Positions 29,549 to 41,238 of a stretch of 64,000 nucleotides of DNA are shown here, one piece after another. Position numbers and translations under genes: made by a program. The stretch's first letter is position 1. Every line of letters starts with the position of its first letter. The DNA is taken from positions 29 to 64,028 of the forward strand of contig DSAB01000070.1 in NCBI GenBank assembly GCA_011388275.1, given 5' to 3'. Below the pieces are notes generated by a model. That model was not told the DNA's origin. It saw only the letters and a list, made by a program, of their open reading frames with translations, and searched no databases. The DNA comes from a bacterium (GTDB lineage Bacteria > Zhuqueibacterota > QNDG01 > DSAB01).

Positions 29549-30334
29549 ATGAACCTGATTGTATGTGTCAAGCAAGTGCCCAATACCACAGAAGTCCGCA
29601 TCGATCCCAAGACCAATACACTGATCCGTGAAGGGATTGATTCCATTCTCAACCCCTTTGATGCTTATGCTTTGGAAGAGGCAGTGCAAATCAAAGAACA
29701 GCACGGAGGCACGGTTACCGCATTGACCATGGGTCCGCCCCAGGCGGAACAGGTCTTGCGCGAAGCCATCTCCGTGGGAGCCGACAAAGCCGTTCTTCTC
29801 AGTGATCCGGCTTTTGCCGGTGCCGATACTCTGGCTACCTCGTATACTCTGGCCCGGGCGATTCGCAAGCTGGGCGACTTTCAGCTGATCCTGTGCGGCA
29901 AACAGGCGATTGACGGAGACACCGCCCAGGTGGGGCCGGGAATCGCGGTTCATCTGGATCTGCCTCAGGTCATTTTCGTCAGAAGAATCCGTGATATTTC
30001 CGGCACAGAACTGGTCGCTGAACGCATGACCGAAACCGGATTCGAGGCGGTCAGGGCAAAGCTTCCCGCTCTGGTAACGGTTGTGAAGGATATCAATCAG
30101 CCGCGGCTGCCCTCTCTGCGCGGAAAGATGACGGCCGCAAAAGCGGAGATTCCTGTATGGACGGTCAAGGATCTGGATTTGGAGTCCGGCCGTATCGGTC
30201 TTCAGGGGTCACCGACCTGGGTCAGGAAAGTATTTTCTCCCCAGCCCCGTTCCGGCGGAAGACGGTTCGAAGGCGAGCCGACCGCTGTTGTGGATGAATT
30301 TATCCGCACTCTCAAAGAGGATGGTATGTTGTGA
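29549..30334 (+). CDS. etfB: Electron transfer flavoprotein beta subunit.
   Basis: MNLIVCVKQVPNTTEVRIDPKTNTLIREG...ILCGKQAIDGDTAQVGP. Confidence 0.85.
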   Translation: MNLIVCVKQVPNTTEVRIDPKTNTLIREGIDSILNPFDAYALEEAVQIKEQHGGTVTALTMGPPQAEQVLREAISVGADKAVLLSDPAFAGADTLATSYTLARAIRKLGDFQLILCGKQAIDGDTAQVGPGIAVHLDLPQVIFVRRIRDISGTELVAERMTETGFEAVRAKLPALVTVVKDINQPRLPSLRGKMTAAKAEIPVWTVKDLDLESGRIGLQGSPTWVRKVFSPQPRSGGRRFEGEPTAVVDEFIRTLKEDGML

Positions 30335-30364
30335 TGGCAAACAATTGATCGGGAGGTTTCCCTC

Positions 30365-31564
30365 ATGTCAGTGATTCAGGTGATTCAAGATCAATGCACC
30401 GGCTGTACGCTCTGTGTCAAAGTCTGTCCTTACGGGGCCATTGCGATGAAAGATCAATTGGCTGTCATTGATCTTCATCGATGCACGCTTTGCGGTGCCT
30501 GTGTCGAGAAATGCCCTGTTCAGGCCATCGCGCTCACTTTGGAAAGAAAACCCATTGAAGGGATGCAGGACTATCAGGGTATCTGGGTTTATGCCGAATG
30601 CCGGCAGGGTGAGATTCAGCCCGTGGTTTATGAATTGTTGGGAGCGGGCCAGCGTCTGGCCCGGGCCCGTCAGGTTCCCTTGTCGGCCGTGCTTCTGGGG
30701 GGGATTGGTATCGGTGGTCATGCGGTCCATCTGTTCCAGCGCGGAGCCGATCGGGTTTATGTGGCCGAATCCGAGCAGCTCGATGTTTTTCAGGATGAAG
30801 TGTACTCCAATATTCTGGTCAGACTGATCCGGGAACACAAGCCTGAAATCGTCCTGGCCGGAGCTACCTCCATGGGCCGCTCCCTGATTCCCCGGGCCGC
30901 CGTGCAGTTGGGAACAGGATTGACCGCTGATTGTACGGGTTTGGAGATCGACGCCGGGACCGGGCATTTGCTTCAAACCCGTCCGGCTTTCGGCGGTAAT
31001 ATTATGGCCACTATCCTATGCGAGAACCACCGTCCCCAAATGGCTACGGTCAGGCACAAGGTCATGGCTGAAGCCATCGCGGACGAGACTCGGACTTCGG
31101 GTGAGATCATTCAGGTCTTGATCAACGATAAGGATCGGATTTCGAGAACCGCTGTTGAAGAGATCGTTCATGATGTGGAGGAAACCGTCAACATCATGGA
31201 GGCGGATGTGATCGTAGCCGGCGGAAGAGGACTTAAAGTGCCTGAGAATTTCAAGCTGATCAAGGACCTGGCAGGAGCCCTGAATGGAGCCGTGGCTGCG
31301 TCACGGGCTGCGGTTGATGCCGGATGGATCGATTATGCGCATCAGGTAGGTCAAACGGGTAAAACCGTCAAGCCGAAAATCTATTTTGCTGTAGGTATTT
31401 CAGGCGCCATTCAGCATCTGGTTGGTATGAGTTCGTCCGATACCATTATTGCCGTGAACAAAGATCCCAATGCGCCTATTTTTCAATCCGCGGATTACGG
31501 TCTGGTCGGTGATTTGTTTGAAATTGTTCCGGAGCTGATCAAGCGGTTTCAGAGTTTGCGTTGA
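30365..31564 (+). CDS. etfA: Electron transfer flavoprotein alpha subunit with an N-terminal 2x[4Fe-4S] ferredoxin domain (FixB-like).
   Basis: CTGCTLCVKVCP and CTLCGACVEKCP motifs, then the ETF-alpha FAD-binding core (KIYFAVGISGAIQHLVGM). Confidence 0.85.
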   Translation: MSVIQVIQDQCTGCTLCVKVCPYGAIAMKDQLAVIDLHRCTLCGACVEKCPVQAIALTLERKPIEGMQDYQGIWVYAECRQGEIQPVVYELLGAGQRLARARQVPLSAVLLGGIGIGGHAVHLFQRGADRVYVAESEQLDVFQDEVYSNILVRLIREHKPEIVLAGATSMGRSLIPRAAVQLGTGLTADCTGLEIDAGTGHLLQTRPAFGGNIMATILCENHRPQMATVRHKVMAEAIADETRTSGEIIQVLINDKDRISRTAVEEIVHDVEETVNIMEADVIVAGGRGLKVPENFKLIKDLAGALNGAVAASRAAVDAGWIDYAHQVGQTGKTVKPKIYFAVGISGAIQHLVGMSSSDTIIAVNKDPNAPIFQSADYGLVGDLFEIVPELIKRFQSLR

Positions 31565-31595
31565 TCTATGGAATGGTTTGCTTTTACTCTGTTAA

Positions 31596-31624
31596 AGCCC
31601 CGCCGAACCACGGGGCTTTTCAAT
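31596..31624. terminator. Hairpin terminator between the convergent genes etfA (+) and the KaiC-like gene (-).
   Basis: AGCCCCG-ccgaacca-CGGGGCT followed by TTTT. An upstream A-run makes it bidirectional-like. Confidence 0.55.
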
Positions 31625-31666
31625 TACCGGCAGCTTCACAAGCAATAAGCTGTCGCTGTGTCTGGA

Positions 31667-32374
31667 TCAGGTGTTGCGATTGACAATCAGCATCGTGCCG
31701 GTATCCAGTTCCAGGTGAAGTTTGCTGAGAGGTAAATTGTCATGATCTTTAAGCAGGTCAAGGTCGATATGATCCGGTTGCGGGTGGAGCATGATGATCA
31801 CGGAGAAAAAGCCCTTGAATCGGTTTACAGGGGTGGGGATACCCTGATCGTCCAGTTCCAGTTTTTCACGGTGCAGTGTCGCTGAAAACCACACGGCTGT
31901 CTGAAGGTCTTCGGCCAGTTTTTTCCAGAACTGAAAATGCGATTCGTCATGGTCATAAAAGGAGAAACCATCCACAATGACCACTTCGGGAAGAAAATTC
32001 AAGGCTTCGGTAAAATTCATGATTGAGGACCGGATATTTTCCAGCACCAATGGACGGCGAAAATGCATGATCTTCCGGTTTTTGATGACCTGGTCATGGT
32101 CGTCGATGACGTTTTCCAGTTTGTAGGACCGGGAGACCTCAAGAAAAACCTGTTCATACCATGTCTCAATATGGCGGGGGTCTTCGGCAAATGAGATATG
32201 CAGTACTTTCTGGCCTCTCAGGATTTTGTCGATGGAAACGTGTACCAGGCAGGCGGTTTTACCGACTCCTTTACGCGCGGTGAACACACCCAAATTCCCC
32301 TTGCCCAATCCGCCGTGAATGGATTGTTCCAGAATGCGAATGGGGCTTCTCCGAATCAATTCTTTTTTCAGCAT
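31667..32374 (-). CDS. Single-domain KaiC/RadA/RecA-like ATPase.
   Basis: ILEQSIHGGLGKGNLGVFTARKGVGKTACL (Walker A). VVIVDGFS (Walker B). The start was chosen at the ATG with GAGGAG 5 nt upstream; the ORF is open to 32431. Confidence 0.6.
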   Translation of the reverse strand: MLKKELIRRSPIRILEQSIHGGLGKGNLGVFTARKGVGKTACLVHVSIDKILRGQKVLHISFAEDPRHIETWYEQVFLEVSRSYKLENVIDDHDQVIKNRKIMHFRRPLVLENIRSSIMNFTEALNFLPEVVIVDGFSFYDHDESHFQFWKKLAEDLQTAVWFSATLHREKLELDDQGIPTPVNRFKGFFSVIIMLHPQPDHIDLDLLKDHDNLPLSKLHLELDTGTMLIVNRNT

Positions 32375-32438
32375 AATTCTCCTCAATGGCTGCAGCGCCG
32401 GTCGGACTCGGTCCACGCGACAGGTGATCATTCGTGCC

Positions 32439-34514
32439 TCATTGATTCTTTTCTTCGAATTCCTTTTTCAATTTCTCCGCGATCGAATCCGGAACCCTGG
32501 CATAGTGGTCGAATTCCATGGTAAACTCCGATTTCCCCTGTGTGGCGGATCTGAGTACAGTGGAATATCCAAACATCTCGCTGAGTGGAACCTGCGCCTC
32601 CAGGATTGTGAAGGTGCCGTCTTCCATCACGCTGATTACAGTTCCACGGCGCTGATTGACTGTAGCCAGAATGGATCCCTGATATTCAGTAGGGCCTTCG
32701 ACACCCAGCCTCATGACGGGTTCAAGTATGATCGGCTTGCATCGTGAATAGGTTTCCCTGAATGCGCTGATGGCGGCCTGTCTGAAAGCCATTTCGGAAG
32801 AGTCCACGGGGTGATAGTTGCCGTCATTCAGCGTAATTTTAACACCGACTATGGAAAATCCGGTCAGCGGGCCTTTTTTCAGACACTCTTCAAAACCCCT
32901 GCGGCAAGCCGGAATATATTCAGCGGGAATCACACCTCCTTTGATTTCATTCACGAATTCGAAGTCTCCCTCATGCCAGGGTTCGATGATTCCGGCGACG
33001 CGACCGAACTGGCCCGCTCCGCCTGTCTGTTTTTTATGCGTGTAATTAAAGGGACCGGATTGGGAGATGGATTCCCGATAAGCCACCTGGGGAGTCCCCG
33101 TCTGCATCTCGATGTTGTATTCCCTGCGCATTCGTTCGATATATACATCCAGGTGGAGTTCTCCCATTCCCCTGATAATGGTGTCATTGGTTTCTGAATC
33201 CACGTACGTTTGAAAAGTCGGATCCTCTTTAGTGAAGCGGTTCAGGGCCTTGGCTATATTCTCCATCGATTTATCGTCTTTTGTTTTTACCGAAAGGGAA
33301 ATTACCGGCTTGGGTACAAACATGGAGGAGAGGCTGACCTTCATCCTGCCGTCGGTAAACGAATCGCCTGAGGCGCATTCGATTCCGAACAGGGCAACGA
33401 TATCGCCGGCCTGTGCTGATTCGATTTCTTCCATTTCATCGGCATGCATACGGATAAGACGCCCGACCCGGGACTTTTTTCCCGACCGGGCATTGACAAT
33501 CTCCGAACCTTTTTTCAGTGAACCCTGATACAAGCGCACATAGGTCAGCTGGCCGTAACGCGTATCATCCAGTTTGAAGGCCAGCATAACCAGAGGAGCC
33601 GAAGGATCGGCTGTCAATGCGATTGTTTTTTCATTATCAGACTGATCGAAAGCCGTATTGGAACCGTCGAGTGGAGAGGGCAGATAATGAAGCACCGCGT
33701 CCATGAGAGGCTGAACCCCCTTGTTCTTAAAGGCGGAACCCATAAATACAGGAGTCAGCTTCAGTGAAAGAGTTCCCTTTCGAACGGCGTCATAGACCAG
33801 ATCTTCGGTAACCCGGTCTTCCAGACAGGCTTCCATCAGCTCGTCGCTGAACAGGGTCACCGCGTCGAGCATGATATCCCGTTTTTCTCGGGCGATGGTG
33901 ATCAGTTCGTCGGGTATGGATTCTTCACGGACAATTTCGCCGTTTTCCCCGTCGAAATAGAAAGCCCTCATGGTCACCAGGTCCACGATGCCCCGAAAAT
34001 CGGCTTCACTTCCAATGGGGATCTGCATCATAACGGCATTGTGACTCAGTTTTTCTCTGAGCTGACGCGTGACTTTCCCGGCATTCGAACCCACGCGGTC
34101 CAGTTTATTGATAAACGCGATGCGGGGAACCTTGTATCGGGTCATCTGACGATCAACGGTGATGGACTGGGACTGGACGCCGCCGGTTCCGCAAAGCACC
34201 AGAATCGCTCCGTCCAGGACACGAAGCGCTCGTTCCACTTCCACGGTGAAATCCACGTGTCCCGGGGTGTCGATAATATTGATATCGTGTTTTTTCCAGG
34301 TGACGTGAGTCGAGGCCGAGGAGATGGTAATCCCACGTTCCCGCTCCAGCTCCATGGAATCCATTTTGGCGCCTGTACCGTCTTTTCCCCGTACTTCATG
34401 AATGGCATGTATCTTCTGTGTGTAAAAGAGAATACGTTCTGTCAGGGTGGTCTTTCCCGAATCGATATGGGCGCTGATTCCGATGTTGCGCATGTTTTGA
34501 ATATTCTTGCTCAT
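32439..34514 (-). CDS. fusA: Elongation factor G paralog (EF-G2-like translational GTPase).
   Basis: [23 protein letters not shown]...[16 protein letters not shown]...DTPGHVDF...NKLDR. All five EF-G domains are present. The first in-frame ATG is at 34565; the ATG at 34514 ([13 protein letters not shown]) has a better RBS. Confidence 0.85.
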   Translation of the reverse strand: MSKNIQNMRNIGISAHIDSGKTTLTERILFYTQKIHAIHEVRGKDGTGAKMDSMELERERGITISSASTHVTWKKHDINIIDTPGHVDFTVEVERALRVLDGAILVLCGTGGVQSQSITVDRQMTRYKVPRIAFINKLDRVGSNAGKVTRQLREKLSHNAVMMQIPIGSEADFRGIVDLVTMRAFYFDGENGEIVREESIPDELITIAREKRDIMLDAVTLFSDELMEACLEDRVTEDLVYDAVRKGTLSLKLTPVFMGSAFKNKGVQPLMDAVLHYLPSPLDGSNTAFDQSDNEKTIALTADPSAPLVMLAFKLDDTRYGQLTYVRLYQGSLKKGSEIVNARSGKKSRVGRLIRMHADEMEEIESAQAGDIVALFGIECASGDSFTDGRMKVSLSSMFVPKPVISLSVKTKDDKSMENIAKALNRFTKEDPTFQTYVDSETNDTIIRGMGELHLDVYIERMRREYNIEMQTGTPQVAYRESISQSGPFNYTHKKQTGGAGQFGRVAGIIEPWHEGDFEFVNEIKGGVIPAEYIPACRRGFEECLKKGPLTGFSIVGVKITLNDGNYHPVDSSEMAFRQAAISAFRETYSRCKPIILEPVMRLGVEGPTEYQGSILATVNQRRGTVISVMEDGTFTILEAQVPLSEMFGYSTVLRSATQGKSEFTMEFDHYARVPDSIAEKLKKEFEEKNQ

Positions 34515-34814
34515 GGATCTTTTTACTCTCCGAAATTCTTGTTTCGTTGTTGAATGATTTGTCATTCAACCGAAAAGATTGTAAATATACATTAATTAAT
34601 GAGAAAAACCAAGCAAAATAACAAACGAAAATAAGTTTATCGGCATCAGTCCGATCGATGCGGCCGGCCATTATTCATCATGCCGGACCGGGCGCGTCCT
34701 TGTCTCTCATTTTTCTTGATTATCATACGGGGATTTCTTACCATACAAAGGTGTTTTATGTCGCATCTTCGAACGCCCGGTGTCTGTTATGGGTTCATGG
34801 AAAGGCGGCTGCTG

Positions 34815-35813
34815 ATGATCTCAAAGAGTAAGGCAGGATGGATGCTCCCCGTCTATGGATTGGCTTGCTGCTTGTGTGCCGGCGTTTGGGCACAGTCCGG
34901 CAATTCAGGGCCGCAGAATAAAAGCATACATTCTGATATTCATGGATATGGCTTTGGAAGTATCGGGTACAATACTTTGAATCACGGGAGCTTGAAAAAC
35001 ACGCCAAACGTTCCGGTTCCGCGTCATGCCGGACCGGGTTGGGTTCTGGTTTGCGGATTGCGCATGGGAAGGTCATGGCTGGAGCCCGCCGATTTTACGA
35101 CAACGATTTCCACTTTCAAAGCAGCGGCCGTGGAAAATCCGGACTGGGAAACACGGACAACCGCTTTCAGGGGCCTGTTTTCAGCAGGTCTGGACTTGAT
35201 GGCTGGATATGGTTTTACCGGCGGATTTTGGGTGGGGATTCAAACCGGATACAGACACTTTTTAAGCGGTATTTTAAAAGCGGAACAGTCTTTTTCCGGC
35301 GCGGCGGCGCCCTTTTATCAGACCCGGCAATTCGGTCTCGATGCCTGGGCCGTTCCTGTCGAACTGGTGTTTGTGCATCCGTTCCCGATTCTTTCAAAAG
35401 TTCGAATGCGGGCCTTGCTGGGTCTGGATCTGTACAACGCCGCAGTCGCCTATCAGTACCGGTTTGAGAATTTGAACGGATCGTATTGGCAAATGGGCGA
35501 TTTGAAGGATTCAGGAATCGGTTATCACTTTCATGTCGGCTTCGAATACCCGCTGAGAAACCGCATTTATCTGACACTGGAAGCCGGATACGGATGGGGG
35601 ATATTAAACGCGTTTGAGGGATCGATCGAGGACAGCGATGGCGTGAAAACCGATGTCCGCCTTGTCATGGAAGAAACCGGATACGGCAAGAAACTCAGCC
35701 TCGTACCTGGCGAAGACATGAAATGGCTCAGAAATGCCGAAGTGGATTCGGGAGGGTTGAACATATTGGCCGGGTTGAGCTGGGAAATGACTTTCTTTCT
35801 GCAATCAAAATGA
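34815..35813 (+). CDS. Hypothetical secreted protein, possibly an outer-membrane protein.
   Basis: Signal peptide MISKSKAGWMLPVYGLACCLCAGVWAQ. Gly/aromatic-rich alternating pattern. No recognisable family. Confidence 0.35.
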   Translation: MISKSKAGWMLPVYGLACCLCAGVWAQSGNSGPQNKSIHSDIHGYGFGSIGYNTLNHGSLKNTPNVPVPRHAGPGWVLVCGLRMGRSWLEPADFTTTISTFKAAAVENPDWETRTTAFRGLFSAGLDLMAGYGFTGGFWVGIQTGYRHFLSGILKAEQSFSGAAAPFYQTRQFGLDAWAVPVELVFVHPFPILSKVRMRALLGLDLYNAAVAYQYRFENLNGSYWQMGDLKDSGIGYHFHVGFEYPLRNRIYLTLEAGYGWGILNAFEGSIEDSDGVKTDVRLVMEETGYGKKLSLVPGEDMKWLRNAEVDSGGLNILAGLSWEMTFFLQSK

Positions 35814-35868
35814 AAGCAAAAACGGCCCGGTTTTCTGCGGAAGAGGAGCGACGATCTCTTTATCTTGA

Positions 35869-37995
<2,127 letters not shown>

Positions 37996-38011
37996 AAAGG
38001 ACGGGCTGCAT

Positions 38012-39190
38012 TTGGCAAAAAAGAAATCGGGAAAATTGCCTGTACCTTTTCAGGAGATTGAAACCCGTCACGAATTCAGGGTTTACCGAAAAAGAGATTT
38101 GGTTTTGGTCCAGGGGAAAGGATCGTCGGTTTGGGATCTTCAGGGCCGTGAATTTCTGGATTGTGTCACCGGGATGGGTGCCGCGATTCTTGGACACGGT
38201 CATCCCGTTGTGATGAAAGCGCTGAAGCAGGCGGAAACCCTGATAACCTGTTCGAATCTATTTTACAATGATCAGAGAGCGCTCTTTATGGCGTCTCTGG
38301 CCAATGCGGCACCCGGAGATCTGAAGCGTGTCTTTTTGTGCAATTCGGGCGCGGAAAGCGTGGAAGCGGCTCTGAAATTCGCCCGGTTCAGCACGGGCAA
38401 AACGGAGTTTATCTGCGCCCGGCGAGGGTATCACGGCCGCACCATGGGAGCTCTTTCGGCGACTTTCAGACCGGATTATCGTGAAGACTTTATGCCCCTT
38501 GTACCCGGGTTTCGATTCGCCGAATTGAATCATTTTGAATCGTTCAGGGAGCAAGTGACCAATGAGACGGCTGCCGTGCTGCTGGAGGTTGTGCAGGGAG
38601 AGGGAGGCGTGCATCCCGTCCGGAAGGAGTTTTTACAGGATATAGCCCGTCTCTGCCGGGAGAAGGGACTTCTTTTAATCCTGGATGAAGTGCAGACCGG
38701 CATGGGAAGAACAGGCCGCCTTTTCGGATGCAGTAATTATGATGTGATACCGGATATGATCTGTCTGGCCAAATCCATGGCCGGCGGAATACCCATGGGG
38801 GCCGTCATTGTTTCCGACCGTATTGAGCATCCTCTCGGCAAGCATGGATCGACATTCGGCGGGAATCCGTTGGCCTGTAAAGTGGCCAATGAAGTTCTTA
38901 AATATATCCTGATTTCCGGTTTTCTGGATTCAGTGAGAAAAAAAAGCTTCTATTTAATGCGGCATCTGACTTCGCGACCGCTTTCACGGGCAGTGGAGAT
39001 ACGCGGCCTGGGACTTCTGACGGGTATTCAGGTGAAAGGAGAGGCCGCTCCGCTGGTTCAGGAACTGGAGGATCAGGGTGTTCTGGCCCTGACCGCGGGT
39101 CCCGATGTCATCCGTCTGCTTCCTCCCTTGACCATCTCCATGAAAGATTTGGAACGGTTGATCGGCGCACTATGTAAAATCCTGGCCTAG
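38012..39190 (+). CDS. Class-III PLP aminotransferase (acetylornithine-aminotransferase-like).
   Basis: VWDLQGREFLDCVTGMGAAILGHGHP...DEVQTGMGRTG...K motif. The start is inferred at TTG 38012, just after the ligA stop; the ORF is open from 37913. Confidence 0.65.
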   Translation: MAKKKSGKLPVPFQEIETRHEFRVYRKRDLVLVQGKGSSVWDLQGREFLDCVTGMGAAILGHGHPVVMKALKQAETLITCSNLFYNDQRALFMASLANAAPGDLKRVFLCNSGAESVEAALKFARFSTGKTEFICARRGYHGRTMGALSATFRPDYREDFMPLVPGFRFAELNHFESFREQVTNETAAVLLEVVQGEGGVHPVRKEFLQDIARLCREKGLLLILDEVQTGMGRTGRLFGCSNYDVIPDMICLAKSMAGGIPMGAVIVSDRIEHPLGKHGSTFGGNPLACKVANEVLKYILISGFLDSVRKKSFYLMRHLTSRPLSRAVEIRGLGLLTGIQVKGEAAPLVQELEDQGVLALTAGPDVIRLLPPLTISMKDLERLIGALCKILA

Positions 39191-39208
39191 AAAAACGGAG
39201 GAGACGTT

Positions 39209-40351
39209 ATGCACGATGCCGGGATATTCCGGGCTGCCAATTCCCGCCGCTGTTCAAGGACTGTTCAGGTGGGATCTCTGCAACTGGGCGGGGGCGCACC
39301 CGTGCGGGTGCAGTCCATGACCAATACGCCTACGGAAGACGTGCGTCGCACGATCGATCAGATCAAGGCCCTTGAAAACGCCGGCTGTGAAATCGTCCGG
39401 GTGGCGGTTCCCACACTCGAAGCCGTAAAAGCGCTGCCCGCCCTGAAGTCGGCAATGACCGCGCCCCTGGTGGCGGATATTCATTTCGATTACAGGCTGG
39501 CCCTTGAAGCAATAAACCATGGCGCCGATAAAATCCGTATCAATCCCGGGAATATCGGAAAAGCGGACCGGGTGCGTGAAATCTTGAGAGAAGCCCGCGT
39601 GAATCATATTCCGGTACGCATCGGGGTCAACGCGGGATCTCTGGAAAAGGGTATTCTCAGGAAACATGAAGGAATCACGGCCGGGGCTCTGGCTGAGAGC
39701 GCTCTGAAACAGATACGCCTCTGTGAGGATGCGGGGTTCGAAGATCTGGTGGTTTCCATCAAGGCTTCTTCCATTCGTCTGATGGTTGAAGCCAACCGTA
39801 TTTTGGCCGGAAGTGTCGATTATCCTCTTCATCTGGGTGTTACGGAAGCCGGCGCCGCGCCCTCGGGTATCATCCGTTCAGCCGTGGGTCTGGGTATACT
39901 TCTGGATCAGGGTATCGGAGATACGATCCGGGTTTCATTGACCGGGGAACCGGTTCAGGAGGTAGCGACTGCCTATGAAATATTGAAGTCCCTCGGGCTC
40001 CGGCGCAGGGGGTTGACCGTAATCTCCTGCCCCACATGCGGCCGGACCCATGCCGATATTCTGGCTGTTGTGCAGGCCGTTGAGAAGGCTCTGGGGCATA
40101 TCAGGACGCCTTTGACTGTGGCGGTCATGGGATGCGCCGTAAATGGGCCGGGTGAGGCGAGGGAAGCGGATATAGGCGTGGCATGCGGGCCGGGCCGCGC
40201 CCTGCTCTTTCGAAAAGGGTGTGTGATCGGAAAGATTTCTGAAGATGAAATTGTTCGCGTTCTGGTGCAGGAGGTGAATCGGCTCGAAAAAAAACAGGAT
40301 CATTCGGCAGAAAAAGATTTGCCGGCCGGCGAGAAGGAAAAGAGTCGATGA
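39209..40351 (+). CDS. ispG: 4-hydroxy-3-methylbut-2-enyl diphosphate synthase (GcpE).
   Basis: VQVGSLQLGGGAPVRVQSMTNTPTEDV. C-terminal CPTCGRT...GCAVNGPGE Fe-S motif. Confidence 0.9.
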   Translation: MHDAGIFRAANSRRCSRTVQVGSLQLGGGAPVRVQSMTNTPTEDVRRTIDQIKALENAGCEIVRVAVPTLEAVKALPALKSAMTAPLVADIHFDYRLALEAINHGADKIRINPGNIGKADRVREILREARVNHIPVRIGVNAGSLEKGILRKHEGITAGALAESALKQIRLCEDAGFEDLVVSIKASSIRLMVEANRILAGSVDYPLHLGVTEAGAAPSGIIRSAVGLGILLDQGIGDTIRVSLTGEPVQEVATAYEILKSLGLRRRGLTVISCPTCGRTHADILAVVQAVEKALGHIRTPLTVAVMGCAVNGPGEAREADIGVACGPGRALLFRKGCVIGKISEDEIVRVLVQEVNRLEKKQDHSAEKDLPAGEKEKSR

Positions 40352-41238
40352 AGGCTTCCATACTGGATGCAGTAAAAAAGGGGCCGGTACTGATGGATGG
40401 TGCTATCGGCACCCAGGTACAGGCTATGGGCCTGCCCCCCGGTGAACCGCCGGAACGATGGAACACAGAGAGGCCCGATTCGATTCGAAAGATACACCGG
40501 GATTATTTGATGGCGGGAGCCCGGGTGCTGACCACCAACAGTTTCGGGGGACATCCGATCAGGCTCAATCGTGCGGGGATCCAGGACAGCTATCTGGTCA
40601 ATTTTCAGGCCGCGGCCCTGACCTGTATCTCTCCGGATGTCTGGGTGGCCGGGTCTGTGGGACCTTGCGGAGAGATGATTAAGCCGTTGGGCAAGGTGGA
40701 GCCGGATGAAGTGTTTGAAGGTTTCAAATTACAAGTTCGGGCGCTTCTGGACGGGGGAGCGGATATCATACTCATCGAAACCATGACCGCCCTGGAAGAG
40801 GCTCTGCTGGCCGTTGAAGCGGCCCGCTCCCTGACATCGGCGCCTGTTTTGGCGTCCATGACTTTCTCGGCAACTCCCCGGGGATTCCGGACCGTGATGG
40901 GTGTTGATATCGACTCTGCGGTTGAATCTATTCTGAAAGCCGGCGCCGATGGGGTGGGTTCCAACTGTGGAAACGGTATCGAAGATTTTATTCCCATTGT
41001 CCGGCGAATGCGCGGCCTGACGGACAAACCGATTCTGGCCGAGGCCAACGCTGGGATGCCCGAAATGGTGAATGGGAAAACGGTCTATCGCCAGACACCG
41101 GAAACCATGTCACGCCATATTCCCGCCCTGCTTGAGGCCGGGGCGGATTTAATCGGAGGGTGCTGCGGAACAACGCCGGCTCATATTCGGAAAATGAAAG
41201 AAATACTCGATATCGAAGAGGGCAATTTATCAATATGA
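40348..41238 (+). CDS. Homocysteine S-methyltransferase (Hcy-binding, PF02574) family protein.
   Basis: LMDGAIGTQVQ...VLTTNSFGG...GCCGTTPAHI zinc/homocysteine-binding motifs. The ATGA start overlaps the ispG stop. Confidence 0.7.
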   Translation: MKASILDAVKKGPVLMDGAIGTQVQAMGLPPGEPPERWNTERPDSIRKIHRDYLMAGARVLTTNSFGGHPIRLNRAGIQDSYLVNFQAAALTCISPDVWVAGSVGPCGEMIKPLGKVEPDEVFEGFKLQVRALLDGGADIILIETMTALEEALLAVEAARSLTSAPVLASMTFSATPRGFRTVMGVDIDSAVESILKAGADGVGSNCGNGIEDFIPIVRRMRGLTDKPILAEANAGMPEMVNGKTVYRQTPETMSRHIPALLEAGADLIGGCCGTTPAHIRKMKEILDIEEGNLSI

